A program made the translations under genes and the position numbers. The notes beneath the pieces were generated by a model. That model was given only the letters and a program-made list of their open reading frames with translations, searched no databases and was not told the DNA's origin. Shown one piece after another: positions 13,071 through 24,589 of a DNA stretch of 64,000 nucleotides. The stretch covers positions 14,200,001 through 14,264,000 of the forward strand of contig NC_058383.1 in NCBI RefSeq assembly GCF_018350175.1, written 5' to 3'. Origin of the DNA: Felis catus. Its lineage: Eukaryota. Within the stretch, counting starts at the first letter, position 1. The number at the start of each line of letters is the position of its first letter.

Positions 13071-13796
13071 TAAAAGAATCATTTTGTCATCTGTACAACG
13101 GGGGTGATGATACTGCATGAGGTTAGCAGCTCATTCCCCACCCCCATCCAGGCTCTGTTCTCGGTCTGTCCATCTGTCAGCTCTTTGAGTTTTCCCCTCG
13201 ACCCGCCTTGGGATAGTGCCTACAGACAAGCGAGCTTGGACAGCTCGTCGCAGGAATGTCAGAGTTGGGCTTCCCAGTGCACGTGGTTTGACGCGAAAGG
13301 CAAACACCCTTAACTACCAACCGGTTGGGTCTGCTCTGCCTCTGCTTTTTTGGCACTTTTCTAAGAGTGTTGTAGAGGTAACGTATGCTCCCTCTGGGCT
13401 TGGCATTTCGTGGGAACTCCGTAAACACTGGCTGCTAATCACCATCCTCATTAGGCTGTTTGTATAATAAAGTAATAAGAAAAAAATAACAAAGGGAGAA
13501 TTAGTACCTTGAGCTTCATGGATATGGTGGGTAAGGCTTACAGGTAATGCTTCCAGATCCATGTTCTATGGTAAATGAATATAATCTTAAGGTCCCTCTT
13601 TAAATAACAGCATTGATTACAGATTTTCTTACTGTAACAAAGCCATGGTGGGACGAACACTGGGCACTTTCAGCCTGGGTGAGGCCAGAATAGCACAGCT
13701 TTTCGGCCAGTGGGGTCAGAAATAATAACAGTTCATTTTAGTGTGGACCTCTCTCTTCATTTATGATGCTGTGCCTCTCTTTGGCACTGTGTCCTT

Positions 13797-14024
13797 CTTT
13801 TTTTTTTTTTAATTTTTTTTTTAATGTTTATTTATTTTTGAGACAGAGAGAGACAGAGCATGAACGGGGGAGGGTCAGAGAGAGAGGGAGACACAGAATC
13901 CGAAACAGGCTCCAGGCTCTGAGCCATCAGCACAGAGCCCGATGCGGGGCTCGAACTCCCGAACCGCGAGATCATGACCTGAGCCGAAGTTGGACGCTTA
14001 ACCGACTGAGCCACCCAGGCGCCC
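13797..14024 (-). mobile_element. Feline SINE
   Basis: Full body; TSD TGT(G/A)TCCTTCTTT. Confidence 0.97.
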
Positions 14025-14111
14025 CTGTATCCTTCTTTAAAAGCGTTTTCATAGCTATTTTTTCTCTCGTTTATTTGGTTACACACACGTAGTAGTCTTC
14101 ACTTAGCAGGT

Positions 14112-16401
14112 TAGGGGCTCTAACCTTTTTTTGATTGCGTACCCTAATTGGCGAAATTTTTTGAGCGCACACCTCCTAATACTTGCGTATTTGTTTGCTT
14201 ACAAATTATACGTGTGGTTCACGGTGCTGACGGATCGTATGTGAAAGCATGAGTTGGTATGATGAAATAAACAATGTTTAAAAAAATAGTTTTCATAACG
14301 TCTGATTTAATAGCACAGCAAACCTTTGTGTGCTCATTAAAATATCATTACTGGTCGTATTTTCAACGAGAGCCGTGTTAGTGAATATGTTTTGTCGTTT
14401 TCAGAATCCTGCCTTGGGACTTTGTGGTACGGTAATTCAAATATCTGGTTTTTATTCACTTATTTTTGGTTTCAGTAGCTGCAGAGGTACCTAAAGAAGA
14501 TATGTAGACCCAAGTGGGAGAAGCTCGTAGGCGGGAGGGCTCACGAAATTGTGATGCTCATTTTTCAATCCCATCCGTGTGCTATGCAAAGGTTTTTGTT
14601 GAAATTCAGCTAGTAAATTTTCATTTCTCATGATGTCAGTCCCTTGTTCTTGCATCGTAGCTGGAAGGTGTTGCATTTCAATGTTTTTAACAAATGGGTT
14701 CAAAGCCCGCTGAAATTCTTCATTTGAAAGACATTTAAAAGACTAGAAAAATCCGTTTCCAAGTTTTTGAAGTGTGCAGATATGAGTTTTTATAAATTGA
14801 ATTACAGCATTTTCGGCCACAAATCATTAATCATGGAGACCTTTCCAAACATCCATTTTCAAAAATGCCTCTCCAGTGGTACAAGTTTTTTTTCTTCTTT
14901 TTTTTTTTCCTTTTGGAAAGCATTGCTTTCTCATTCATCGTTAAAATGTCGTCTTTACCTTGAGGGAACAAATTAAGCATATGTATTTTTCCTGAAAATG
15001 TCTGTCGGATGCCATATGCTTTCGATAGTCGCCTGGCACCCAAGAATAGGCCATCAAAGTTTGAACTTTAAAAAAATAATACTGCGCCATTTCATTTAAA
15101 TCTGCAACTCTTCTTAAGTTCTTGGACGTGAGCTAACCAGGGAACTGCTGGGTGTTCCAGAAGATTTAGGTCGCTGCCCATCTCATTCCAGAAGTTTGGT
15201 AAAGATATGACTGCATTTTAAAGATCCTGTGTCTTCACAGTTGATGTCCTCAAGCCCTTGGTGGCCTTTGCTACGGTCACGTGCAAGGAACGATGCACTA
15301 AATGAATTTCACTGCGCAGCTGTCTCTCTTAACTTAGCCCCCAACCCTTGTTTTTATTCCCGGCAAAGTTTACCATTCCATCAAGAGCTACGTTCAGTTT
15401 CCTCCTGAAACAGAGTTTTCATTTAGGAAGTCATTTACTTCAGAGTGTGAATTTACTGTAAATCTTTTGTTAATTGACTCCCCCCCGCAAAACAGTACCG
15501 TATGCGTGTCATTACGGAGATGGAATCCAGCAAATGCCGCAAACCGAACCATGCTGAGGAACCCTCACCCCAGAGCACGGCCAGCCCCCAGCCGCGCACA
15601 TCTTCCTCAGGTGTCCCTCTTCAGATGGTCACTGGCATTTCCAGTGCGTTTGCCAAGGGTATTTGCTCACAGAGAAGTGCGTTTATTTAACTTGTGGCCA
15701 GATTGTTTTGCGTGTGATAGTTCAGCTTGTTTTGCTATGTTCGAAAGCACAAGTATGTCTCCAACAGGGCTTACTACCTTTCGCTACTGGTAAGAGAGCT
15801 TAAAAGAGAATGAGAATGTTTGTTATTTGGTTCCGGGAAAGTCTGGAGGGCACTTGGATCGTGTCTAGTATGATGTTAGTTATCGCTGGAAACATGGCCG
15901 GAATTCATCTTCAGTTTCTGGAATGTTCCAGTGGGTGTGATGGTCGCCTGCTATGGCTAGCTAAAAGCTCAGGGCACACTGTATGCTTGGGGTCAGGGTC
16001 ACTGTTGTGATAGTGGGTATGCGCTCACGTACTTCAGTTCTCTTCTCGGTGATTCCTTTTCTTGTTAGCGGCTCCGTGTCAGGTTGTCACTGCTTTATCT
16101 CATGTCGTGGCTGAAGACAAGCTCCCATTGGGGGAGAAGAGTGTCAGCTGTGCCCTGTTTGGGTGCTAGCTTGTGTCCACCCTACTCCCGTCACCCTCAG
16201 TGCCCACGTTCTTTGCAGAAAACCTTGAAGCCTCTCACCTGTTTGATGGAGGCCGATTTTGTTAAAGCGAATTGGTGCAGCCACGCGTGGACATGTGTAA
16301 ACCGTGTGCTCCGCGCTGGGCTGTGATCCAGCCCCCCCGGCAGAGTGGGTCCCTGGTGCATCCTCTGAGCTGCGGGAGTGCTGGGCTTACTTGGGCCACT
16401 G
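14112..16401 (-). mobile_element. Near full-length fossil Charlie-type hAT DNA transposon with decayed transposase
   Basis: Minus-strand translation gives, in order: PKHTVCPELLASHSRRPSHPLEH (BED finger), SL*ANTLGKR, LDGMVNFAG, KFI*CIV, NEMGSDLNLLEHPAVPWLAH, and NPF...EQGTDI...LKNEH...LLPLGSTYL (dimerisation domain); TIR-like ends TAGGGGCTCTAACC and TTGGGCCACTG. Confidence 0.9.
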
Positions 16402-16606
16402 GACTTTTTTATCGTATTTGATTTATTTTTCTTTTTTTTACCATATGTGACATCTCCCCCAGTGGGATGCCATTGTTAGGGCGTGCATTACATGTGGTTA
16501 GATTCAATATCCTTTTGTTTTCAGATCAGTAAGCATTACTGTAACAAGTTGGAGTGTAGGCTTGTCATCTTTCCTCTGCAGTTCTGAGACGCAAAGGAGA
16601 GACGGC

Positions 16607-16815
16607 ATCCGAACCCACAGAACGTACCCCACCACGAGTGACCCCTAATGTAAACTGTGGACATTGGGTGATAATGGCATTCAATGTAGGGTCACCGATT
16701 ATTACAGACGTGGGGGAGGCTGTGCGTGTGCACGGACAGGGGATACGGGGAAAGTGTCTGTCCCTTCCTCTCAGCTTTGCTGTGAACCTAAAACTTCTCT
16801 GAAAAATAAAATCTT
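16607..16815 (+). mobile_element. L1MC1-like 3' end
   Basis: GTGACCCCTAATGTAAACTGTGGAC...GCTGTGAACCTAAAACTTCTCTGAAAAATAAA. Confidence 0.85.
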
Positions 16816-17001
16816 TATATTTTTGTCTCTTTTAAGAATGCTTTTTTTTTAAAGGTGGTAAAATCTAAACCCTATCTGAACATAAGGCCATTCGCGGTGT
16901 GCATTTATCCCATTTAGTGGGACTGTGTTTAATATGTATACTGCAGGAATATTTGTGTGTTTATTTGGGGTGCTGGTCAGGGCCCATCAAAGAGTATTAG
17001 G

Positions 17002-17003
<2 letters not shown>

Positions 17004-17032
<29 letters not shown>
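17004..17032. repeat. (TA)n microsatellite
   Basis: About 14 uninterrupted TA units. Confidence 0.95.
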
Positions 17033-17033
<1 letters not shown>

Positions 17034-17353
17034 CCTGCCCCAACCCCATTCTGATTCTGAAACCGAGCTGGGCTCAAGGTTTTGGAGAGGGGACGTGACC
17101 CTGTAAGCTCTTCGCGTGGCCCTGTGGATTCTTCGGCTCTCCCTGGTGTGCGTGCACCCCACTCTTGAGCACCCCACTTTTGAACATACAGAGAGTGAAA
17201 CCAAAGCCCAAGGGAGTTGTGGCTCGCTCCCCAGTCACCCAGCAAGCTGGAACCAGGAAATGAGACCGGTCCCGCACCGCGTTCACTGAATCCCATCCTG
17301 TGGCCCGCCTGAGGAGAAGATTCTGGGTCTGGTTTAAAACCAGAGCATCCCTT

Positions 17354-17581
17354 GGGGCGCCTGGGTGGCGCAGTAGGTTAAGCGTCCGACTTCAGCCAGG
17401 TCACGATCTCGCGGTCTGTGAGTTCGAGCCCTGCGTCGGGCTCTGGGCTGCTGGCTCGGAGCCTGGAGCCTGTTTCGGATTCTGTGTCTCCCTCTCTCTC
17501 TGCCCCTCCCCCGTTCATGCTGTGTCTCTCTCTGTCTCAAAAATAAATAAACGTTAAAAAATAAAAAATAAAAAAAATAAA
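17354..17581 (+). mobile_element. Young feline SINE
   Basis: TSD TAAAACCAGAGCATCCC (17335-17351, 17582-17598). Confidence 0.98.
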
Positions 17582-18140
17582 TAAAACCAGAGCATCCCCA
17601 GGAGAACATGTATGTCAGTGGCCTCCTGCCAACAGAAGGTTTCATTCACTGCCGGCGTCAGCTGTGAGAGCCACTGTCAGCCAGTGGGACGAGTCTAGAA
17701 TCACGGAACGTTCCAGTCAGAACATTTTGTCCATGGCTTCCTTTCCATTTCACTCACCCATTCAACAGCATATTTCTTGATCCTGTGCTAAGAGTCACGC
17801 TAAGGCTGTGGAGGCCAAGGCGAAATGTCTGTTCGTTACCGCCTGCCCTGAAGGTGTTTTCCGTTTGCTGCGGGACAGACGAGGATGTATGCAGGCTGCA
17901 TGCATACGATTCCAGCCCAGCGTGCTAACTGCTTGAGGCTCAGAGGAGAGTCTGTTCTTCCCTCTGCAGACTGGGTGAGGATGGGCCCAGCGGGAGAAGA
18001 GCTCTTCAGCGGACACATGAAGGTTGACTAGGACTTTCTCAGGTGAACTAGCCTGGAGAAGGGATTCTGGTGGAGGGAACAGCATGGGTAAAGGCATGGA
18101 GGTTGACTGGGAGACTTGCTATGTCTCACTGCATCTTAAG

Positions 18141-18430
18141 GTTGATTTATTTATTTTTGAGAGGTGGGGGAGGGGCAGAGAGAGGGGGGGGTAGAGAGAA
18201 TCCCAAGCAGGCTCCTTGCTGTCAGCATGGAGCCCAACAACGGGACTCAGTTTCATGGACCGTGAGGCCATGACCTGAGCAGGGATCAAGAATCAGATGC
18301 TTAACCGACTGAGCCACCCAGGCGCCTCCCCCCCTTTTTAAAGTTTATTTATTTATTTATTTATTTATTTATTATTTTTTTTTTAATTTATTTATTTTTG
18401 AGAGAGCGCGAGAGACAGAGTGAGAGAGAG
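18141..18430 (-). mobile_element. Carnivore SINE plus a second SINE 3' fragment
   Basis: Full SINE 18141-18330, tail fragment to 18430; TSD TCACTG(C/T)ATCTTA flanks both. Confidence 0.88.
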
Positions 18431-20082
18431 TCACTGTATCTTAGTATATTGCAGTGTTGGTATATTTCAGCTCAAGGTTAGGAGGGTTAACTTAGAAGTA
18501 AGCAAGGTGGGGGAGAAACCAACCCAGTTGGTAGGGGTCCTGTCATCCCAGACCCTGTGCCGAGGGGTATAGATTTCCCCTGTGGAGCTAGTGAACCCGT
18601 TTGAACAGGGGAGGGATGAGAGTTTGTCTAAAAATGCTCCCCCCATGGGGTCTCCCCCCCCCCTCAGCGGCTCCTCATGTGGCATCTCTGTGTGGATGAT
18701 GGAGTGGCCTCTGTGCGACCACTTCTGGGACATTATTGGGTTCAGGTAGAAATTAATTTCTTCGGCGTGGCTCACAACGTGTAACTTCCACTCGTTTTAA
18801 AACCTGGTGTTTTAGGGCGCTCTGCACAACCTCAGCGTGCCCTTTTTTTGGGAAGTGGGTGCAGGGTACTTCTGTTTAATTCCTCCTGCATTCGCAGAGC
18901 CTGGTTGTCTTCTTATTCTTAACTATTATTAAAAGGAATGATAAAAAGTAATTAACCATCTGGAACAGATTCATGCTTCCCATTAGTCAGGGCCTCCATT
19001 ATAAAACCTCCCCAAAGTTCAGCCTTGGAAATAAATTCTCCAAGTAGGTGGATTAGCTAATGAATTTTTCTTCTCCAAAGGCGAGCGTGTTTTCCTGCAC
19101 AGCCGGTACGTCTCTGCCCATTTATCAAAGGGGGAAAGAGTAGAAGTGAAAATGGAAACAACTTATCAATATAATTTACTGTGCCAAAGTTATAGATTTG
19201 ATATGGTTTTTATAAGGCTTCTGCACTAGACTTTTCCACTAATGTTTATGGATTTAGTGCGGCTAGTAACGTTGGCTTATTCCGCCAGTGCTCCCTTTGG
19301 GGTCTCTGGAAAACAGCCCCGTCCTTGCAGTCCATGATGAGAAAGCTAAGAATGGATGTGAAGCAGGAAATCACCAAGAGGAGAATGTCAGGGGCCTCAG
19401 CCTGTCTTGTCTGGGTCCCACTGTGAATTTTAGGGGTACTCGGAATTTGCCCCAAAGGGAATCATGTTGTCGTAGGTAAGGTGTGCGTCCTGCTTGAGTT
19501 CCAGGAATCACTCTCTAGACCCACTGCATCCTGGGCATGGAGAGGCGGTCTGACTCCCCCGAAGACCCGTGTGACACAGTGGCCCGACCGTGTCGGACTG
19601 CCACACTGGCTGTCTGTACACATGAACCCAGATTGTCGCTTCCTTCTGCTACTTCCCTGGTGTCCCACCATTGCCGATACCCAGGAGCTGGGCTGGGATT
19701 CGTCATCATTCATCATTCTCTCCCGATTCAGGGTTGCCCTTGAGCTTACATAAGCCTAAGCTTATGTAGACCCTAAAAGTTCCCCCTTGGGGAGAAGGGT
19801 CTGCCCTTGGTGCTTCTTCCTTCCTTGAACATGGGACCAGGCCTCCTCCGAGGGCTGGAAGGCTGACGCCCCATCATCTGTGTCAACAGGAAACATTTGA
19901 TCGTCCCCGGGTCTGAAGCTGCTCACGGCGTTCAGAGTTCCCAAGGCGCAATGCTGGTTCATGGCCAAGAGTGAACTCTTCATGCTCCGTGAACTCTTCT
20001 ACAGTCTTGTATCAGCCTGATAAGGTTTAGCTTAAGTACACTTTCCTTCATGAAGCTTTGATAATGCTGACTTACAAGTCGA

Positions 20083-20560
20083 TTCCACTCAGCAAATATT
20101 TACACAGTGCCTTTTGTGTGCTGAGCCCCATGCCACACTCTGAAGATACAGGGATGGATGAGGCATAGACCTGTCCCTTAGGAGCTCTCAGTTTGCTGAC
20201 AGATGCCTGTACAGAAAAGTTACAGATAACTATGGTAAGGACTGTCAGAGAGGTCTCCAGAATGTATGCCACGGGAGCCTGGAGGAAAACCTTCCCATCT
20301 ACTTTGGAGGCTTGGGAAAGCCTTCACGGACAGGAGGATATTTCTTCTGGGCCTTGATGCACTCATAGGAGTTTGCCAAGTTGAAAACAGGATGGAGCAG
20401 GGAGGGAAGTTGAGGCGGGAGGACAGTTGTACGCCATGCTTAGGGCTTGAGAGGCCGTCGGGCGGGGCGCGGTGTTCCCTTGAGACCGAGGCTCAGGGTA
20501 TGCGGACATACAGGGTGAGGCTGGAGCCCATCCAGGTTGTATCTCCTGATGTGGCATTCA
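20083..20560 (-). mobile_element. L2 LINE 3' fragment
   Basis: CACTCAGCAAATATTTAC...CCTGTCCCTTAGGAGCTCTCAGT antisense L2 end. Confidence 0.75.
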
Positions 20561-20943
20561 CCTTAGACCCCGAGCCTGGCACGCCATGCCCACTAGGAGC
20601 GAGGGGCTTGGATGGGGACCCGGGATGCGTTCACGGATGAGGGCTCATGTCCGTGAGCCCTGAAGGAGCGCCTCCCTTCAGGAGGGGTGACTGAACATGG
20701 ATGTCTGGCATGGATCCCATGCCCAGAAGTGTGGAAGGCAGCGGTCAGGGCTGCAGGTCCCTGAGGAAGAGGAGGGAGCCCCACTGAGGAGAAAACAGGA
20801 GAAGGTCGTGTCAGCCGGGGATGAATGGCAGTTGCATTTTCCGGTTTCACACATGCTTGTCTCTACCCTTCAGATAGATTATACATATACTTGAAGGCAG
20901 AGGGGATGGCTTTATGTTTCTTCTTAAGTCCTATGCATTAGGG

Positions 20944-21159
20944 GGGCGCCTGGGTGGCTCAGTCGGTTAAGTGGCCGACTTCGGCTCAGGTCATGATTTC
21001 GCGGTCCGTGAGTTCGAGCCCCGCGTCGGGCTCTGTGCTGACAGCTCAGAGCCTGGAGCCTGTTTCAGATTCTGTGTCTCCCTCTGTCTGACCCTACCCC
21101 GTTCCCCCGTTCATGCTCTGTCTCTGTCTCAAAAATAAATAAACGTTAAATGAAAAAAA
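20944..21159 (+). mobile_element. Feline SINE
   Basis: Perfect TSD AAGTCCTATGCATTAGGG. Confidence 0.98.
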
Positions 21160-21303
21160 AAGTCCTATGCATTAGGGTCTAGCAAAGTATTGTCAGAGCA
21201 TGTGAGAAGTTGTGCCCCTTGCTGACTGTTAGAGTTTGTGGGGTAGCGGAATGAGAGGTCTGGGTGCTTCTGGATGCTGTGTGTTAGCCATGGTCCTAGA
21301 TGA

Positions 21304-21677
21304 CTACTGGAGACGGAGTGTTTTTGTCCTCCCCACCCCCACATCCATATGTCGCGAGCGAACCCCCAGTGTGATGATATTTGGAGGTGGGGCCTTTGGG
21401 AGGTGATCAGGTCGTGATGGTGGAGCCCCCATGAACGGGATGAGTGCCATCGTAAAAGAGCCCCAGACGGGTCCCTTGTCCCTTCTACCGCGTGAGCTCA
21501 CAGCAGAAAGACGGCTGGCTGTGTGTGAGCCGGAAAGCGGGTCGTCGTCAGACATGGATTCTGCTGGTGCCTCGATCTGAGACTTCCCAGACTCCAGATC
21601 CGTGAGAAATAAATATTTCCTGTATAGGCCACCCCGGTTTTGACGTTCCGTTGTGGCAGCCTGAACGGACTGAGACA
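21304..21677 (+). mobile_element. MLT1A-like solo LTR
   Basis: GTGATGATATTTGGAGGTGGGGCCTTTGGGAGGTGAT; GAGAAATAAAT; end GGACTGAGACA. Confidence 0.92.
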
Positions 21678-22595
21678 ATGGCTTCCGTGTGGACACCGGT
21701 AATGAGTGGCCCCTGTCCGGTGGGTCAGATCTCATTCAGAGAATGTGCTTCGTAGACAGTGTCAAATATAAGAAGGGACATGAACAAATTAAAGTGTATG
21801 CAGAGGACGGAGATCTGCTGTCCTGTGTCTTGTCCTGTGAGCAATAAGGGAGCAGAGAAGATGCCAGGGAGGCCTGTGTGTGTCGGGTAGGTGGGTGCGA
21901 ATCACCATCATTAAATATTTGCGGGAGCGTCGCGCGGAAGAAGGATTCATTTTGGCCCATGTGGCCTTGGGGGCAGTGGACAGAAGTTGCATTGAGGCAG
22001 TCTTCCGCTTGCCGCTGGTGCTGCTTAAAACCGCACCAGGCTATTTAGAAAGAGCCAGACTCCCCGGACGAGAGGCGAGCACGGCAGGGCATCGTCGAGG
22101 AGCTTCCTTCTCTAGGTGGGGGATCCCACCAGATAATCTGCAACGTCTCTTCCAGTTTGGGGTTTCTGTAAATCTCTTGACGCTTCTGTCATTTTGCCAT
22201 TCTTCCCTGGCTTCTGACAGAGGCCAGGCTGTGTGAAGACATCAGAAGCTGAGAGGGTGGCTGACTGACACCCAGCCTTTGTCTTCATTATTTCAGTGTG
22301 TGGGATCCATTTGCCAAGAAAAAAAATGGGGAAAGTATTTTTAGCCAAGGCATTTGCTTTCATGGGACCCAATTTCCTAGAAAAACTCTGTTCCTCCCCT
22401 TTTATGCTAAACCTTATCATTCCGCAGGATTTTTACTCCTTGCGGTGCTATTTAGATTATTTACTTTTTTCATCTCTTAAGCCAGTTTGATTCCAGAAGG
22501 ATTAAAACCCAGGTGTTAAATTTCACCCTGGAGAGACAGCATCCTATTGACTGCTACTGACAATACCCCCTCCCGAGTGGGCAGCTGACTTCGGA

Positions 22596-22768
22596 GCGGG
22601 GTTCTCAGCCTTGCCTGAGATCTGGATTCACTTGGGAAGGTTCGAAACAATCCCCATACCCAGGCCACGTGCAGACTGGTTGGATCAGAAGCCCTGGGTG
22701 GGGCCAGGTGCCAAAGGTTTTTAAAGCTCCCAGGTGGTCCCATGTGCAGTCGAGTCTGAGAACCATGA
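22596..22768. mobile_element. MER5-family hAT element
   Basis: GGTTCTCAGCCTTG...TTTTTAAAGCTCCCAGGTG...TGAGAACCA. Confidence 0.75.
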
Positions 22769-22989
22769 TTTAAGATACATTCTGGACTCCCCCCTGGATG
22801 ACCTCTTGGCCTCTGTTCCGTTTTGGACCTTAAAGGGGTTGAGAAAAGCAGCTTGCTGGTCCCACGCCTGCCACCTGTGTACTTTGGGGAAGTTCGGAGC
22901 CTCTCGATGGAGCCCCTAAGAAGGTCAGTTCTATGTGTGTTGTGTCCTTGACCTGGTTCCTGGAAAGGAGCTCACTCGGGTGCTGTTAG

Positions 22990-23700
22990 CTATGATGATG
23001 ACAGTGTTGATGGTGTTGGTGACGTTGGTGATGGTGATGACGACAGTGTTCATGATGGTATTCATGGTGATGACGGTGCTGATGATGGTCGTGATGACCA
23101 CTGTGGTGTTGATGCCGGTGATGATGATGATGATGACCGTGTTGATGATGACAGTGACAATGCTGGTGACGGTGTTCAGGACGACAATGCTGCTGCTGGT
23201 GACAGTGTGGATTGATGATGGCAGTGATGACAGTGAGGTTGATGTTGGTGATGGTGATGATGACGGTGATGATGACAGTGATGATGATGGTGTTCATGAT
23301 GATGACAATGACATTGATGACGATGACAGTGACAATGCTGGTGACGGTGTTCAGGACGACAGTGCTGCTGCTGGTGACAGTGTGGATTGATGATGGCAGT
23401 GATGACAATGAGGTTGATGTTGGTGATGGTGATGATGACAGTGATGATGACGGTGTTCATGATGATAATGACATTGATGACGATGACAGTGACAATGCTG
23501 GTGACGGTGTTCAGGATGGCCGTGCTGCTGCTGGTGACAGTGTTGACGATGACGATGATGACGGCGATGATGTTGGTGATGATGATGAGGACAGGGATGA
23601 TGATGACAGTGACGATGACAATGATGTTGATAATGGCAGTGATGGTGACGATGAGGATGAGGGTGACAGTGTTGATGGCATGATGATGATGATGGTGACA
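22990..23700 (+). repeat. Degenerate (GAT/GAC/GGT)n tract with 160-175 bp higher-order repeat
   Basis: GACAATGCTGGTGACGGTGTTCAGGA recurs at 23156, 23331 and 23491. Confidence 0.95.
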
Positions 23701-23704
23701 CCCT

Positions 23705-23850
23705 TGGTAAACACCAGTTGGGCATTTTCCCGTGTAGCTGTGTCCTCTGTGCCAGGTGTTTTGCACATGAACTTCATGTATTCCTCTAAGTAGTCATAGG
23801 TGGTGGTTACTATTAATACCTCACCATTTCCACATTACCACTTCCATGGA
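23705..23850 (-). mobile_element. MIR fragment
   Basis: TGTGCCAGGTGTTTTGCACATG...TACTATTAATACCTCACCATTT antisense MIR. Confidence 0.6.
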
Positions 23851-24129
23851 GAACGATGACATTTGTGGAGCACACTGGAGTAAAAGTGTGACAACTGCAG
23901 GGGCCGGGGGTGATAGGCCTGGTCCCTGTTCCAGGAGCTATGAGCACAGAGGGGATCAATATCTCGGGCAACCCCCAGAATCCCACCTTAGGGCTGGGAA
24001 GCTCCGCCTTTTCCGCATCAGGATGGTGGTGGAGAAGAGTGCAAGGATTAATTGTTCTGTTGGTGTCTTCTGTACATGTCACTTCTCATTGGCAGGTGTT
24101 CACAAGGCATGTTTTTAATTCCTAAGAAA

Positions 24130-24505
24130 TGTTCTAGGCTAAATGGTGTTCCCCCAAGTTCGTACATTGAAGTCCTAACCCCCCAGCACCTCAGAATATA
24201 ACCATATTTGGAGAGAAAGCATTTAAAGAGATAATTGAGTTAAAACGAGGCCTTCAGGGTGGGCATTAATCTCCTATGACTAGTGTCCTTATGAGAAGAG
24301 GAAATTAGGACACGGACATGGAGAGAGGGAAGACCATGTGAGGACACGGTGAGAAGGGAGCCATCTACCAGCCAAGGAGAGGGACTTCAGAGGAAACCAA
24401 CGCTGCCCACATCTTGTTCTCAGACCTCCAGCCTCCAGACACCGTGAGAACACATATTTCCGTTGTTTGAGCCACCCAGTCTGTTACCTTGTTCGGGTAG
24501 CCCAC
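24130..24505 (+). mobile_element. MLT1B-like solo LTR
   Basis: TTGAAGTCCTAACCCCCCAGCACCTCAGAA; GCCAAGGAGAGGGACTTCAGAGGAAACCAAC. Confidence 0.92.
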
Positions 24506-24589
24506 GTCGGCACATCAGGGACAGAGTCCTCTTTGCCATATTCTGGAACCTGCCTTTAGACGTTCCTTGGGTTTCTCCTGCCTCTAAAA

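Noticed and set aside
14491..14703. Domesticated ZBED5/FAM200-like gene
   Set aside because: Many stops and frameshifts and degraded conserved residues; fossil transposon only
22935..23793. Asp-, Met/Val-, His- and Ser-rich ORFs resembling acidic or His-rich proteins
   Set aside because: Artefacts of the trinucleotide tract; several frames on both strands are open and each long unit shifts frame
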